64,000 nt of DNA from Octopus sinensis (GCF_006345805.1 NC_043001.1:34472001-34536000), one strand, 5' to 3'; counted from the first letter of the stretch, positions 39,637 to 53,606 are shown. Notes: generated from the sequence alone by a model not told the origin. Made by a program: numbers and translations.

Positions 39637-39945
39637 CTCAGTCGGTTACGACGAAAAGGATTCCAGTTAACAGGATTAACGAAACCGCCAGCACGTGAAA
39701 TTAACGCTGAGCACTCCATAGACACATGTACCTTTAACGTACTTCTTTGAGAGGTTCATCGTGACACAGATTGTTACAAGGCTGGCCCTTTAAAATACAA
39801 GTACAACTTATTTTTGCTAGCCGAGTGGATGGAGCAACATGAAATGAAGCATTTTACTGCAGGACACAGCTCGACACTAGGAATCGAACTCACAACCTTA
39901 CGACCATGAGCTGAATGCCTTAAACACTAAGCTACGCACCTTCAC
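39637..39945 (-). mobile_element. SINE family C, diverged
   Basis: GTCGGTTACGACGA tail; GTGAAGGTGCGTAGC head. Confidence 0.82.
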
Positions 39946-40099
39946 AAAGCTCAAAATTTACACCACAACAGTGAAGAAAAAACTCACATCACCAAAATAC
40001 TTATTGGTTTATATTAACCTTTCTTAAATCTCTTCATATCACACATACTTCAACCATAAATATTCTTTCTAATTTTGACAAAAGGCCAGGAATTTGAGG

Positions 40100-40524
40100 T
40101 TGGACTAAGTCGATTAAATCAACCATAGTACTCAAATGATACTCATTTTATCGCCATTTAAATGGTATGGAGAAATCAGATCACAACAGAATTTGAACGC
40201 ACAATGAAAATATCTGGAAGAGATGTAACTAAAACTTTTATCTGGCGCAGTAACAATTCTTCTTTCTTTATTGCCCACAATGGGCTAAACACAGAGGGGA
40301 CAATTAAGGACAGAACGGATTAAGTCGATTGTATCGACCCCAGTGCGTAAGTGGTACTTATTTAATCGACCCCGAAAGGATGAAAGGCAAAGTCGACCTC
40401 GGCCGAATTTGAACTCAGAACGTAGCGGCAGACGAAATACCGCTAAGCATTTCGCCCGGCGCGCTAACGATTCTGCTTGCTCGCCACCTTAGGCGCGGTA
40501 ACAATTCTATTAGATCACCACCTT
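40100..40524 (-). mobile_element. Old B-like SINE split by a younger B insertion
   Basis: Diverged body at 40100-40260 and head remnant at 40509-40524. Confidence 0.6.
40261..40490 (-). mobile_element. SINE family B monomer with 17-bp TSD
   Basis: GGCGC(A/G)GTAACAATTCT at 40244-40260 and 40492-40508. Confidence 0.92.
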
Positions 40525-41418
40525 TATTTCAATGCCTAACATTAAATGTGTTTTGTGCTTTCATTTAAAAGTTTGTTGCTATTTCTGTAACAAGGAACAA
40601 ACTGTAGGAAAGTAACTTTCAGAGCACCCAATTTTCAAGATGTTCTTGTGTGAAGATCTCAGTGTTGCATATATAGATACATGCAAACACACACCTATAA
40701 TAAAAGTAAGTCCTGTTATCCACTAAATTTTTGTACACCTTAATTTTCTACGACCGTTGTTGTACCTCTAACTTCTCAATTTAAATTCTCTCAATCAATC
40801 TTCCCTTGTTTGCTATTTTAAACAAACATAACAGATAAAAGCCCCATCTGCTCCATTATATTTTCTATTCAAAGTATCAAAGGTCCTTCCAGAGCCATAG
40901 CCTCATAACGCTGGTTTCCCGTGTTCTCTGGTGTATATACGCTCCCACCACCATATCCTGGAATATGTTTTCCATTGCTCTCACTTTATTTATCCACTGA
41001 CAACTTCCTACTTCCATACTGTCTCTTTAGCGCGTGACAGCAAATAAATGCACATAGATAATTACTGCTGTTTGAGGCGCATTTTTTCTCTATCAAATAC
41101 AATTTAAGATGTATTAGTCAAGATTAAGTCTACAGTAGAAGAAACTTTTCTAAGTTTCTGTGCAGGAGGATGGAATCTGGACCGCGTGAATGCCAACATC
41201 TTTATCACAGTGCCGAGCGGGTCCCAAGTATTTACGTACGTACGTACGTACGTATGTTTGCATATATGTATGTATGTATGTATGTATATATGGGTGTGTG
41301 TAAATGTATACATACACACACATACATATAAAAATATATATATATATCTATACATATATATACATATATATATACATATAGATATACATATACATGTAGA
41401 TATACATACATACATACA

Positions 41419-41483
<65 letters not shown>

Positions 41484-42053
41484 CAAATAAAAAATAAATA
41501 TAACAAATACCAAAACAATAAAAGCCAAAATGACGTTCACTTGGAATATATTAACTTTACCATATGTATGTGTGTATGTATGTTTGTATGTATGTATGTA
41601 CGCATATTTGTGTGTGTGTGTGTGTGTATGTGTGTGTGTGTGTGCCTGAGCGTGCTCACGCGCACGTGTATATATTGTTAAATATGCATGTATACGTGTA
41701 TGTGTATATTCTTTAATTAATTGTCTTTCTGTTGCTGAAATCCTCGATTAATATCGTACATGACAAAATTCCTTATGCTTGTGTACCGGAGCATGGATTA
41801 AAAAACCTAGACGTCCACATATTTTTGTCGTAAGTGACATGATAATTTCAACACTACCAACTTCATAGAATGGGTATCATTAATAAAACCAGTCTGATTC
41901 AATATAATATAGTCTCAGAATTTGTGAACTCTTGTCTGGTTATTATTATGAAGGACACGAGTGTTATTGGCTATATGCGGTGACCTTGAAAATGACAATA
42001 TTGGGAGTGTACAAGCTTTGAGAAATACAGTATTTAGCAGAAAAGAGCAAGGA

Positions 42054-42085
<32 letters not shown>

Positions 42086-42290
42086 GAGAAGACAGAGGGA
42101 GGAGAAGACAGAGAAAGGAGAAAGAGAGATTATTGAGAAGAGAGGGAGAGAGAGGCAGATAAAGAATGAGAGAGTCATTCATTCATAAGAAAAATATAAA
42201 AAAAAATATTAAATCAAGTGAAATAAATGTTTAATTTCCTTCTCTTTTTTAAGGTAAGATATAATAGTCATATATATATGTATATGTATG

Positions 42291-42343
<53 letters not shown>

Positions 42344-42360
42344 TATATATATATTGACAT

Positions 42361-42916
42361 ATGTAGTTGATATACACTTCCCCCGTACTAATCTGAGAAT
42401 ATCCTTTAACTGTGCACCTAGTGTAAAAAAGATTTTAGTAGGTATACCCGAGACAGAAGCAGGATTCTCATGCAGGGGTAACACAACTTGTCCGTTGAAC
42501 GCCCACTGTAACACGGAAACAGTTGTATACGAAGCAGAGGTAACAGCCATAAGCCCCAATGGGCAACCGATCGTGCGAGTGTACGTTGGGGCAACGGAAG
42601 GCCCCTTCAGAACCCACTTAAACAACCACAAGTCTTCCTTCAACATGCCGGAGAGTCGTAACACCACAACCATAGCCAAGCACTTTGGTCTTTGAAAGAA
42701 AGCGCTATAGAGTACAGCATAAAGGAGAAGATCCTGGAGAAATGCAAACCGTACTTCAATAGCAGCAGGAAGTGCAGTTTGTGCCTGGCTGAGAAGTGAA
42801 CAATTTTAAAGGGTAGCCAATTCCCGGATATTTACTTGAATAGCAGGAGTGGAGTCTTTAACCCTTGCCAACATGAAAGGAAGTATATCCTGTCGTACCT
42901 GCGCGCCCTACCATGA
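42361..42916 (+). pseudogene. Penelope-like element C-terminal region with GIY-YIG endonuclease
   Basis: DIHFP..SCRGNTTCPLNAHC..VVYEAEV..VYVGATEGPFRTHLNNHKSSF, frameshift at about 42683, WSLKE..KILEKCKPY..CSLCLAEK*..LNSRS..CQHERKYIL. Confidence 0.9.
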
Positions 42917-43374
42917 CTGCCACCACATTCCCCAGTCTCACCCTTCCACCAATACCCCCGGGCGCGGCAAAGAGCTTGACAAGAGCGAACGCCAATGCAT
43001 CCATGTACACTCACGCACACCCTTACTGTGTAATGGTTTACAATGTTTATGATAAATATCACAAGATATAATTATGATATAATCCAGCTTGATATCTGAT
43101 ATCCTTATCTTTGATAATTACAGAGATATCGCCAATGTTTAATGAGAATTATACCATGCCTATCTGTAGGTCGATATTGGTAGAATCGAAATATATCATT
43201 TCATGTAGAATTATTAGTTCATACATTTGCATATAATTCGTAAATGTATACATGCATGCAAACATACGTACATACACGAAAACCTGTCTACGTACATATG
43301 TATTCACAGATATATTTGATGGGTTCATATAAATATATATATATGCGTACACATATATGAACATGTGTATATAT

Positions 43375-43636
43375 GTCATCTCTTGTGAAAGGTAGGAGAG
43401 TCCAGTTTGCTGGACATTGTTGTAGAGCTGAAAAAGAAGTAATTTCTACTCTTCTCCTTTGGAAGCCATCTACTCGCAACACCAGAGGGCGCACACTCTC
43501 CTACCCTGATGTAATCTCCAGGGATACAGGCATCCAGCAACAGGACCTCCGTAATGCTATGATGGACCGTGAAGTCTGGCGCAACATGGTAAATTCCATT
43601 GTCTCGACCACGGTCGAACAATGATGATGATGATGA
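43375..43636 (+). mobile_element. 5'-truncated RTE-clade LINE 3' end with (TGA)n tail
   Basis: RRVQFAGHCCRAEKE..LLLWKP..RGRTLSYPDVISRDTG..MMDREVWR; stop at 43622-43624 then a TGA repeat. Confidence 0.85.
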
Positions 43637-43876
43637 TATATGTATACAAATATATATACATATACAAATATATATATACATACATAACATACATACATGT
43701 ACACACACATACATATACATACATACATTTATACACATACACGTGTATTTATATATGTATGATTTAAACGAAAGTGAGCTAATACAAATAAATCATAATG
43801 GCATGTTCCATGTATTTGAACAACAAAAGCAAATATTGGTGAATTCCTTTACCTAATGTTTGCTTCGCACAAGCGT

Positions 43877-43934
<58 letters not shown>

Positions 43935-44280
43935 CCCCACCCACATACACATGTATGGTTGTGTGTGTCCATAAATGTACGACAGTCAAATTAATATCTT
44001 CGTTCATGTATTCTATTGTGTGTAAGAGTTTAGTAAGATAATGTCACTAGAAGTACAGATGGGTACCTGAGTGGTCAACGGATTTTCAATTGTAAATTAT
44101 GTCAGTAAAATCTTTATCCGTTTTCTGTGCACATTGCCTGTAAATAGGTGTATTCATATCCGTTCAAAATTTACAGAGAAAGACTTGAACTTGCAGTTTG
44201 GCTTCATTAACCTTTATTGTTTACTAGAATGAACTGTTAAGATAATTATTCTATTATTTCACCCCAGTTAAAATTCATAA

Positions 44281-44556
44281 TAAGCCCTTTGCTCCCCTTT
44301 GGGGAATAAGACATCAACAGCTGCCTTTCCTTCCTGTTTTGTTGGTTGTGAATGATCGATGTTTCTGTAATATTACTTTTTTCTAGGTAGGGGTGTTGGC
44401 CTTTGGCAAACCCATTTTTATCTCTAGGAATAGGTGGGCCATATTAGTTTGGCCCTCTGTTCTTTGACCTGTCCAACATAGGAGGCCATGCCAGAAGCTT
44501 GCTCTCTGGTGACATAGTTCTTATTGACACACACAAGCTGCGCAACAACAACAAGG
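44281..44556 (-). mobile_element. Short RTE-derived non-autonomous element (5' UTR-like plus 3' end-like)
   Basis: Minus strand CCTTGTTGTTG..GGACAGGTCAAAG..GGCCAACACCCCTACCTAGAAAAA resembles RTE 5' UTRs as I recall them; ends GCAGCTGTTGATGTCTTATTCCCC. Confidence 0.5.
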
Positions 44557-45391
44557 ACGGAAGCTTGTGATGGCCGGGTGTAATCTTTATAAATCTAAAT
44601 TTCTTGGTTCATTCAAAACTAACTATATTAGAAGCAACCTTATATTTTGGCTTCCATGCAGAGCACGCCCTAGAGTATTTTCTCCATTAATCTTTCTTAA
44701 CCAAATATGTACACTTTTCCATTCTAGCATCTCATACATACTTGAATATATTCTTACAAATACACACACAAAGACAGAAATAGACTTACACAATACTTAC
44801 ACAGACTCACAATTCCATATGCATGCACACTAATACACTTATATATTTACGCATTTATGTACACAAAGAGCATTGGCATTAAAATGCTTGTTTCTAAAAG
44901 CTTGCATTTTTTTTCTCCATTAAACTATATAAAATCAGAAAGATTTGTTGATATTTTGATATAGAGTAGTTTATTTGTTTAATCGTACTGGCGGGGCTCT
45001 CCTATAAACGTATATAAGTACGCACATCAATGTATGTGTGTCTATTTGTGTTATATATGTTCATTTTGTATTTTTAATGTATGTCCATTAGCATGTAGTA
45101 GCTTATGAGCGAGCGTGCATAGATAAGTATTATTTCATGAGCATGTGTTTGGAGGGAGGGGGTGCATTATTAATGTGCTCGCGTGTTTGCTTTTCCTTGT
45201 AAGCGTTTCGTGGTGTGTGTTTTTGCGAATCGTTGTGTGTGCGTTTGGTTGATTGTGCGTTTGGTTGATTGTGTGTATTAAGAAGCGATTTTTATATCTT
45301 GAGATGCGTCTCATGCGTCTGCACGTGTTCGCATGTATATATATATATACTCGTATACGTGAGTGTATGTCTATAAATGTTTGACTACATG

Positions 45392-45678
<287 letters not shown>

Positions 45679-45713
45679 TTTTGTACACAGGCGTTTCTAT
45701 ATACATACGGACG

Positions 45714-45747
<34 letters not shown>

Positions 45748-46643
45748 GTTGTGTATGTGTGTGTGAGAGAGAGAGGGCGTGTTGTGTATATGTGTGCATG
45801 CGGGTATATGTGTGTGAGGGAGTATGTGTTAAAATAAAGCAAAATTTTTTTCTATAAAAAAACTTAAAAGGGATCAACGTACTCTAGTTTACTTGAAGGT
45901 GTCTGTCCAACACATACACGCACGCACACACACGCACACACACACATACACGCACACAGAGGCACACACTCACATACATATATATATATATGGTTGCCTC
46001 TTGTGACTTAATGCAGCGCATCTCAGCAAAAGGAGAATGTCTTTCCGAATGCAACACGCAATGGCCGTTTCAATCCTTTTATATGGCTGCAGCTTCCGGC
46101 ACGCACAAATGTCGTCACATCATGGTGCCTGACGCAAAAATTTAAAGTAACAAATTGCGCGCGTGCACACACGCACACAAACAACCAAACATACACACAC
46201 AAACTCATTTGCATGCACATGTTTAAAAGAGGACTATTAAAATGTTCTTTTATGCTTGGTATGTTAACAGTTCCTTTTTACATTTTACATTCTGTTATTT
46301 CTTTATTCGACTCCATTTTGTTTCCTTCTTCCGTCTTTTCATTCACTTTTTTTTTCTTTTATCACTATTTTTTCTTATTCTTCTTTGTTATTTGTCTGTC
46401 ATTCTACTTTCACATTTTTTTTGCTTCTTTTCTTTCGTTCGCTAATGTTTTCGAGTGAAATGAACTCTAGGTCAGGCTCCTTTTCGCCAGTGGACCGATG
46501 CGATGTTCCTACAACAAAAACACAGACACAGTCCCCCCCACGCACATATGTATGCATCTATATCGACACACATACATACGTATATACATACATACATACA
46601 TACATACACACACACATATAAATAAATATATATATATATATAT

Positions 46644-46750
<107 letters not shown>

Positions 46751-46812
46751 TATATACATATATATACATATATATGCATATAAAAATGTTGATTATGATG
46801 ATGGTGATGATG

Positions 46813-46870
<58 letters not shown>

Positions 46871-47457
46871 GAGTAATAATGATGATAATAATAATAACAG
46901 CAACAGTAATAATAATAATATTGCCAATATAACTAAATAAATGAATAAAGAAGTGGTGAAACGTTTGCTACTGATTTATAATCGAGGCGTTTCAAGACAA
47001 CAGCCATCGAAAACCCATCCACTCCGCTCACCAAAATGGCGATAATAAAATAGAATAAAATAAAAATAAATATATACAAAATAAATAATGTAAAATCGAC
47101 CATCAACTACCATTACTAAGAAATAATAATAAAACCACAAGAAAAACAATAACATGAACAATGTCAAATTCTATACAATCAGAACAAATGGTAGAAATAA
47201 CCCCAAACAGAACAAAGAGAAAAACTTCAACCCCCACCTAAAATAATCAACAACAAAATCAAATAATGGTTTATATTATAAAAATAAAAATGTGGTAGCC
47301 GTGGTGGTGGTAGTGGTAACGGTGAGTCCATCATTTCCTCTCGAAATAAAATAATATAATAATATAAAATGTGATATAAAGATAGACAAATAATATAGAT
47401 ATAAAAACACACAAATATATAATTGAATACATATATATATATATTATTTGTTTATAT

Positions 47458-47488
<31 letters not shown>

Positions 47489-47507
47489 GCATATATATAT
47501 GTATATA

Positions 47508-47546
<39 letters not shown>

Positions 47547-47990
47547 TATATATATATATGCATATATATATATATATACACATATATACATACATGTATG
47601 TATATGTGTGTGTGTTTATATGTGACAGCATTACCCACTGCTTTCAACTCCATAAACCATAGGAATTAATAAAAGAGCACAAACGCATTATGTTTCGTTC
47701 CTAACTTTTTGTTGTTGTTGTTGTTGTTGTTGTTGTTGCTTTCACCTAACCTTATGTGTAACCCCGTTTTACGACAATCCTGTAACAAGGAGAAATAAAG
47801 CCTTTAAAACTATCAAGCTATTTTTAAAGGATTTTGTTTGTTTTCCCTATATGTGTGTGTGTGTGTGTGTGTGGTGTGTATGTGTGATTCTGCGTGTATA
47901 TATATACACAAGCCACATATATTTATACAAGCACACATTATATTTACATATACATATGTATATGCATATATATGTATACATATATATAAC

Positions 47991-48099
<109 letters not shown>

Positions 48100-48655
48100 C
48101 TATATATGTATGTGTGTATGTATTTACGTATATATTTCTCTTTGTATTATAAAGATTTTGGTGACATTTTTAATGGCAAGGAAACCATTATAATCCTATT
48201 GAAGGTGAAGAATTGGTAAGCAGTGGTTGTAGGGGTGATAGGATGCGTGGTTGAGTTAATGTAAGTGGAGGTGGTGGTGATGGTGTCGTTGGTTATTGTG
48301 TTATTGATGGTATTATTGTTGTTGTTTTTTGTTGCTAGTAATGTTGGTGCTGGTCATGTCACAGTAAGATTGATATTACATGGGGGAGGCGGGCGTTGGT
48401 GCGTATAGTACTGACGGCAATGGTGGCGGTGGTGGTGGTGGTGACTAGTTAGATGATTGTAATGGCATGGCATTCGTGGTAGTGGTTCTAATCGTAGTGA
48501 TGGTGCTGGTGCAGTGTTAGCTGCGGGGTGGTATTAGCAGGGGTGTTAGTCATTAGCGAAAATGGTGGTCCGAAGATGGCTTGTTTGCAGGTTAGTAGAG
48601 GAGACATTGCAATTGGAGTTAAGTTATACGCATCCAAGTAGAATATCCACGTTAT

Positions 48656-48656
48656 C

Positions 48657-48740
<84 letters not shown>

Positions 48741-49060
48741 GAGTGGGAGAGCAGTGCATGCCATCAAAGTGACACTGGGGTAAAATATACGAAGCCCAGT
48801 ATACCAATCATGACTACCCGTCTGACAAAGGTACACTAGGCACATGCATCACAACCATATATGCGCGACATGGTGATCTCATATCAAGATAAACAGCGCA
48901 TGACCTTGCAGGTGGGGCCCAGTTAGAATTTTCTTCTGGTCGAGTAGCCCATCCTACTCAAAAGGTCCCTGAATAAGGATTGTTTAAGGATGTTTCCAGG
49001 GGTGAATTATTCAAACTGCAAAGAATCCCCCTCAACACATGGCTATGATGCTCCCCCATC
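48656..49060 (-). mobile_element. SINE-like retroposon 3' part with long (AAT)n tail
   Basis: GC-balanced 320-bp body abutting (TTA)n at 48656-48740; family not assigned. Confidence 0.55.
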
Positions 49061-49384
49061 GATGCTCGTCATCGTTTCGGGGTCGATAAATTAGGTACCA
49101 GTACCTCTCCTTCCAGAGTCTCAGGCCTTGTGTCCGTAGTAGAAAGGATTATTATTATTATTATTAAAGCAGTGAGCTGGCAGAATCTTTAGTAAGAAAA
49201 ATGTAAGAAGAAATGTTTTACTTTCTTTCGCGTTGTACTGCTAAACTCATGGCAAAGCCGTCTTTTCATTACAGTAGCTAGACAGGAATATTTGGAGAAG
49301 ATAAACAAAGAGATAAAAAGAAAAGAAAAAAGAATAGCGTCTTGGCATCGGCCTCGCCGCAATGCGGCCTTTCCACTGCAGTAG

Positions 49385-50400
49385 TTATTATTATTATTGT
49401 CTTTGCGCAGCTTCTAACGCTGGATTATTGTCTTTGCACAGCTTCTAACGATATACTACGGTGCCAGCGGGTCCCTGCCAGGGAACTAAAGCAACACCCC
49501 TTATTTTTCGAGCACCATCCGGAGTATTCTCTATTCTGTATTTGATGTAATTCGTTCTTAGAGCTGGCTCTTGGGCAGCACAGATTAGATCCTACGTTTC
49601 CGGTTTGAAATCACTTTTATTCATCCATAGCCATCTTTTTTCTCTCTGTGTCTTGTCTTCAACATCCATATGAAATTGTCCATGCATTCTTTTCTTTATC
49701 CACCTATTTTCAGTTTCATTTATTCTCAAATACGGTTACAGTGCCTTATCTTTGCAATTTTCGATCCTACACGAGCCTGATCTTCTTACTTCCAATAATA
49801 GTTGTCCTGTGGCATTTCTTACATACTATGCTATGTTGTTTTCTCCTGTTCTAAAGCGGTGTTCGCATCCAATCAGTCCTCTTCCCCTCTTTTTCTTGGC
49901 ACATACAGTCTGTCTGAGTCACTTTTTTGGTGGGGTATACCATATCGAGTCAGCAACTTTCTTGTCCTTCTATCTAAGCTGATTAATTCGTCTACGGTGC
50001 ATGCGATTACCCCTGCTCCATATCTAAGGCGTGAAACCGCCCCAGGTGTTGATAGCTTCAATCTTATTCCGTACGTTTAATTTCGACTTAAGGATCAGTC
50101 TCAGTCTGCTCAAGTACTCCACCTTAAATTTTTCTGTTATTTCTTTATCCATCAATTTATCTTAATATCCCGAAGTACTTCTATCTGCTTCTAACCCGTC
50201 TCTTCTATCTGCTTCATAACCTCCACCGATGGTATCACCAGCCTGTCCATACATTTAATTTTGCCTCCCTTCAAAACTAACCCACCACACTTTTTTAGTC
50301 CGAACTCCATTCTGATATCAGCACAGGAAATATACACCGTATCAACGAGAGAACTGATTTTGGATTCATCTTTACTATAAAGTTTGAGGTCATAGAGCAA
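49385..50400 (-). mobile_element. R4/Dong-like non-LTR retrotransposon remnant
   Basis: LYDLKLYSKDE..DIRMEFGLKKC, LRYGAGVI..LDRRTRKLLT..SDSDRLYVPRKRG, MHGQF, AAQEPALRTNYIK; ends at (AAT)n. Confidence 0.85.
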
Positions 50401-50419
50401 TACTCTAAGACTTCAGACG

Positions 50420-50950
50420 GTCATAGAGTAATGCGTCTCACCTGTACTGTGTTGAGTACAAATAATTGTTGAGGCTGAAATATCTTCAGGTCCTGAAGAG
50501 TAGGTTCAGTTCTTCGGAAGCAGTCCCAGTTAAATTAAGGATGTTCTTTCGTCAAGAGAGATCCTCACTGATTGTGAGAGTAAAAGATCAAAGCTATTTT
50601 GAAGAGCACTCACGAATAAGCGAAGCATTAGTATCTTTTGGTTATCGAAAGGGATTAAACGGCATTTTTCTATTGAAGAGTGCTTTTGAGGTTTCTACTT
50701 GCGGAACCAGTGTAGATTTGGCTTGTGCTGTCCAGATAGTGAATGCATAAAGAATAATTGGGGAATACTTGAGAGGTATGAAAAGTAGTGTTGACAGCAT
50801 AAGATGTTGGATGTGGTTGTAAGTAATTGATGACAGCTAAAAAGATAAGAATAAAAATAATACTGACGGATGGATACTATCGGTAGAAATGCCAGTTGAA
50901 TAATGACGCAGGTGGAGTAGGTCACGAATAGGAAAGGCGTATGACAAATT
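50420..50950 (-). pseudogene. Possible very old Penelope RT-thumb/linker fragment
   Basis: Weak SIPxYS and ILxxNW-like fragments across several frames. Confidence 0.25.
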
Positions 50951-51787
50951 TGGCGAGTGAAGCATAATGTGTTTAGAGTGTGGAGTGTGAAAATCCAGTT
51001 GTTATGAGGTTAGGTGACTAAAGTTAAGATTTAGTGCTGCTATTAATTCAGCCGTAGTTTTGCAGGAAGTAAGATGTGATTATTTGCGTGTTGTACGTTG
51101 GAAGTGATTCCTACCATGAGTCCAGGTTAAACTTTCTTTCGTGCCAACATATTCCGAATATCTCAACTTAAAAAATTCTGTGCGTGCTTTGAATGTATCA
51201 ATATTAACTGTATTGCAACAGTACAGTTCACATGTTTTGTCACAATTCGTGTATTGTATCATTTACCATGCTCTTCAAACTAAGTTTACCCTTTCTATCG
51301 ATATAACTATCCATCTATCCCCTCGATTCATCGATCTCTTAGATTTCTTTTTCTCTGTCTTTTCTGCCTCTTTCTCCTATTCCTTCTTGATTTATTTCTC
51401 GGCCCTTTTCTTCTCTTTCTATCTTTCTTACATAATTTCTCTCTCTCTTTCTATTTCCCCCGTCCCTCTATCACGTTCTATCTTTCACAATTCCGTTTAT
51501 GTGAAGTAACATATAAATTCTTAGATTACATATAAATTCTTAGACTTAGATTACAATCTGAAACGACACACTTTGTCCTCTTATCTTTTCTTTGAAGGTC
51601 TTAACTTGCAAATATTCGGAATATTTCCCAAAAACTTTTCCCAAACTTACGCTCTCCTTCACAAGAGAGCAGAGAACAAGGCTCTTTTTTAAGTTTCAGA
51701 GAGTTCTGAAGAAAGTATACATACTTACTCATTGCATAACCACATGAATCTAGGCAATAACAAATTTATTCCAAAATGTGAATGCAT

Positions 51788-51820
<33 letters not shown>

Positions 51821-51947
51821 GAATATGCATGCAAACACACATACACACAAACACAAAATACAAGCACACATAATTATATGTAAACATATGCGTAATGTAC
51901 TCACAATCATACTTCCTCACATACAATACTTACACAAACACACACAC

Positions 51948-52004
<57 letters not shown>

Positions 52005-52019
52005 TATTAGAGACAAAAC

Positions 52020-52158
52020 CACTATTTTGCAAAACAAACAAGGAAAGACTTAATCAATACATAAAATTTTAATAAATAGTCAAAAAAACCGCCACTACAA
52101 TCGTTTCTTGTCTTGATCGACAATCTTCAGGTGGACTTCCAATAAGTCAGTTTCAAAT

Positions 52159-52160
<2 letters not shown>
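52020..52160 (-). mobile_element. About 140-bp hammerhead-bearing module between (AT)n arrays
   Basis: Flanked on both sides by pure AT microsatellite. Confidence 0.65.
52092..52134 (-). ncRNA. Minimal type I hammerhead ribozyme, canonical core
   Basis: CCAC-CUGAAGA-UUGUC-GAUCAA-GACAA-GAAAC-GAUU-GUA^GUGG; predicted cut between 52096 and 52095. Confidence 0.8.
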
Positions 52161-52245
<85 letters not shown>

Positions 52246-53212
52246 ATACATTTATATACATACATACATGTACATATGTACACATGTGCACACGCGCACA
52301 CGCGCGTATCACGATATATTTTAATTTTATATTTTATCAAAGTTTCTTTGGTAGCTACGTATCAGATCTAAAATAAAAAGATACATTGTAATTGTAACTT
52401 TAAAATTTCACTCTAAAATTAAAGATCATAAACTTCACGATTCTGACTGATACTTCGGCCACACAAGCACAACATTCCTTCGGAAACTCACGATGCATTT
52501 AGAACAAGAGTACATTGCAAAAAAATATATCGTACTCCACAAAACGAAGCCAGACAGAAAAGAATTTATATAATACATTCATATTTTCTAGAAATCTTCA
52601 GAAAAATACGATTGATTATGGAATCAATTCCTGTATAACAGCATACAGTTACAATTAAAACGTGACATACACACACCATACAGTTACAATTAAAACGTGA
52701 CATACACAAGACACGCACAAGATAAACAGTTCGACGGCAACGTGAAGTTCTAAGGCCAAAATACGAATCCCGTGATGTGGAAATCTAATGGAAATATGCA
52801 AATCTGATGACGTAAATCTAACATTCTAATGATCAAGTAGTAATAATGTCTTTCGGAACAGAAATACTAGCTGTAATGGGTGTATAAATATAAACCGTTC
52901 TTTCTAAACAAAGCACCACGTAAGCAAACATCACTTCATATCCTGAGATTAGGTTGAGACAGTTTTGAAATGCTTATAAAGGGGAATTTCAGAACATTGT
53001 TGTTCCAAATGGGCTAAAGAGGTCTGATACAACAATACAACTCACAATTCACTGATAAAAAATGCTTCAGTATGGCCGCAGCCTTTGGGCTGAAACACAT
53101 AAAACATGTGAACATACACCCATAAATATATCATATGAATGAATATATATATATATATATATATTTAGAAAGAGAGAGAGAGATACGTATATATGTATGT
53201 ATATCCGTTTGA

Positions 53213-53251
<39 letters not shown>

Positions 53252-53307
53252 GTATACACACACACATATATATATATATTTATATATATATGAATCATAT
53301 CTATATA

Positions 53308-53606
53308 GTGAGGGCGCGTGGCTTGTGGTTAGGGCATTCGGCTCATGATCGTAAGGTTGTGAGCAGAGCAAGACACTTTATTTCACGTTGCTCCAGTCCA
53401 CTCAGCTGGCAAAAATGAGTAGTACTAGTATTTCAGAAAGGGCCGGCCTTGTCAAATTCTGTGTCACGCTGAATCTCCTTGCGAACTACGTTAAGGGTAC
53501 ACGTGTATGTGGAGTGCTCAGCCACTTGCACGTTAATTTCACGAGCAAGCTGTTCCGTTGATCATACAGGCTGGAACCCTCGTCGTCGTAGCCGACGGAG
53601 TGCTCC
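53308..53606 (+). mobile_element. SINE family C (B-box region deleted)
   Basis: Head GTGAGGGCGCGTGGC; tail CCCTCGTCGTCGTAGCCGACGGAGTGC. Confidence 0.9.

Noticed and set aside
42797-42799. In-frame TGA in the Penelope endonuclease as selenocysteine
   Set aside because: Not at a conserved Cys position, no SECIS seen, and the copy also has a frameshift.
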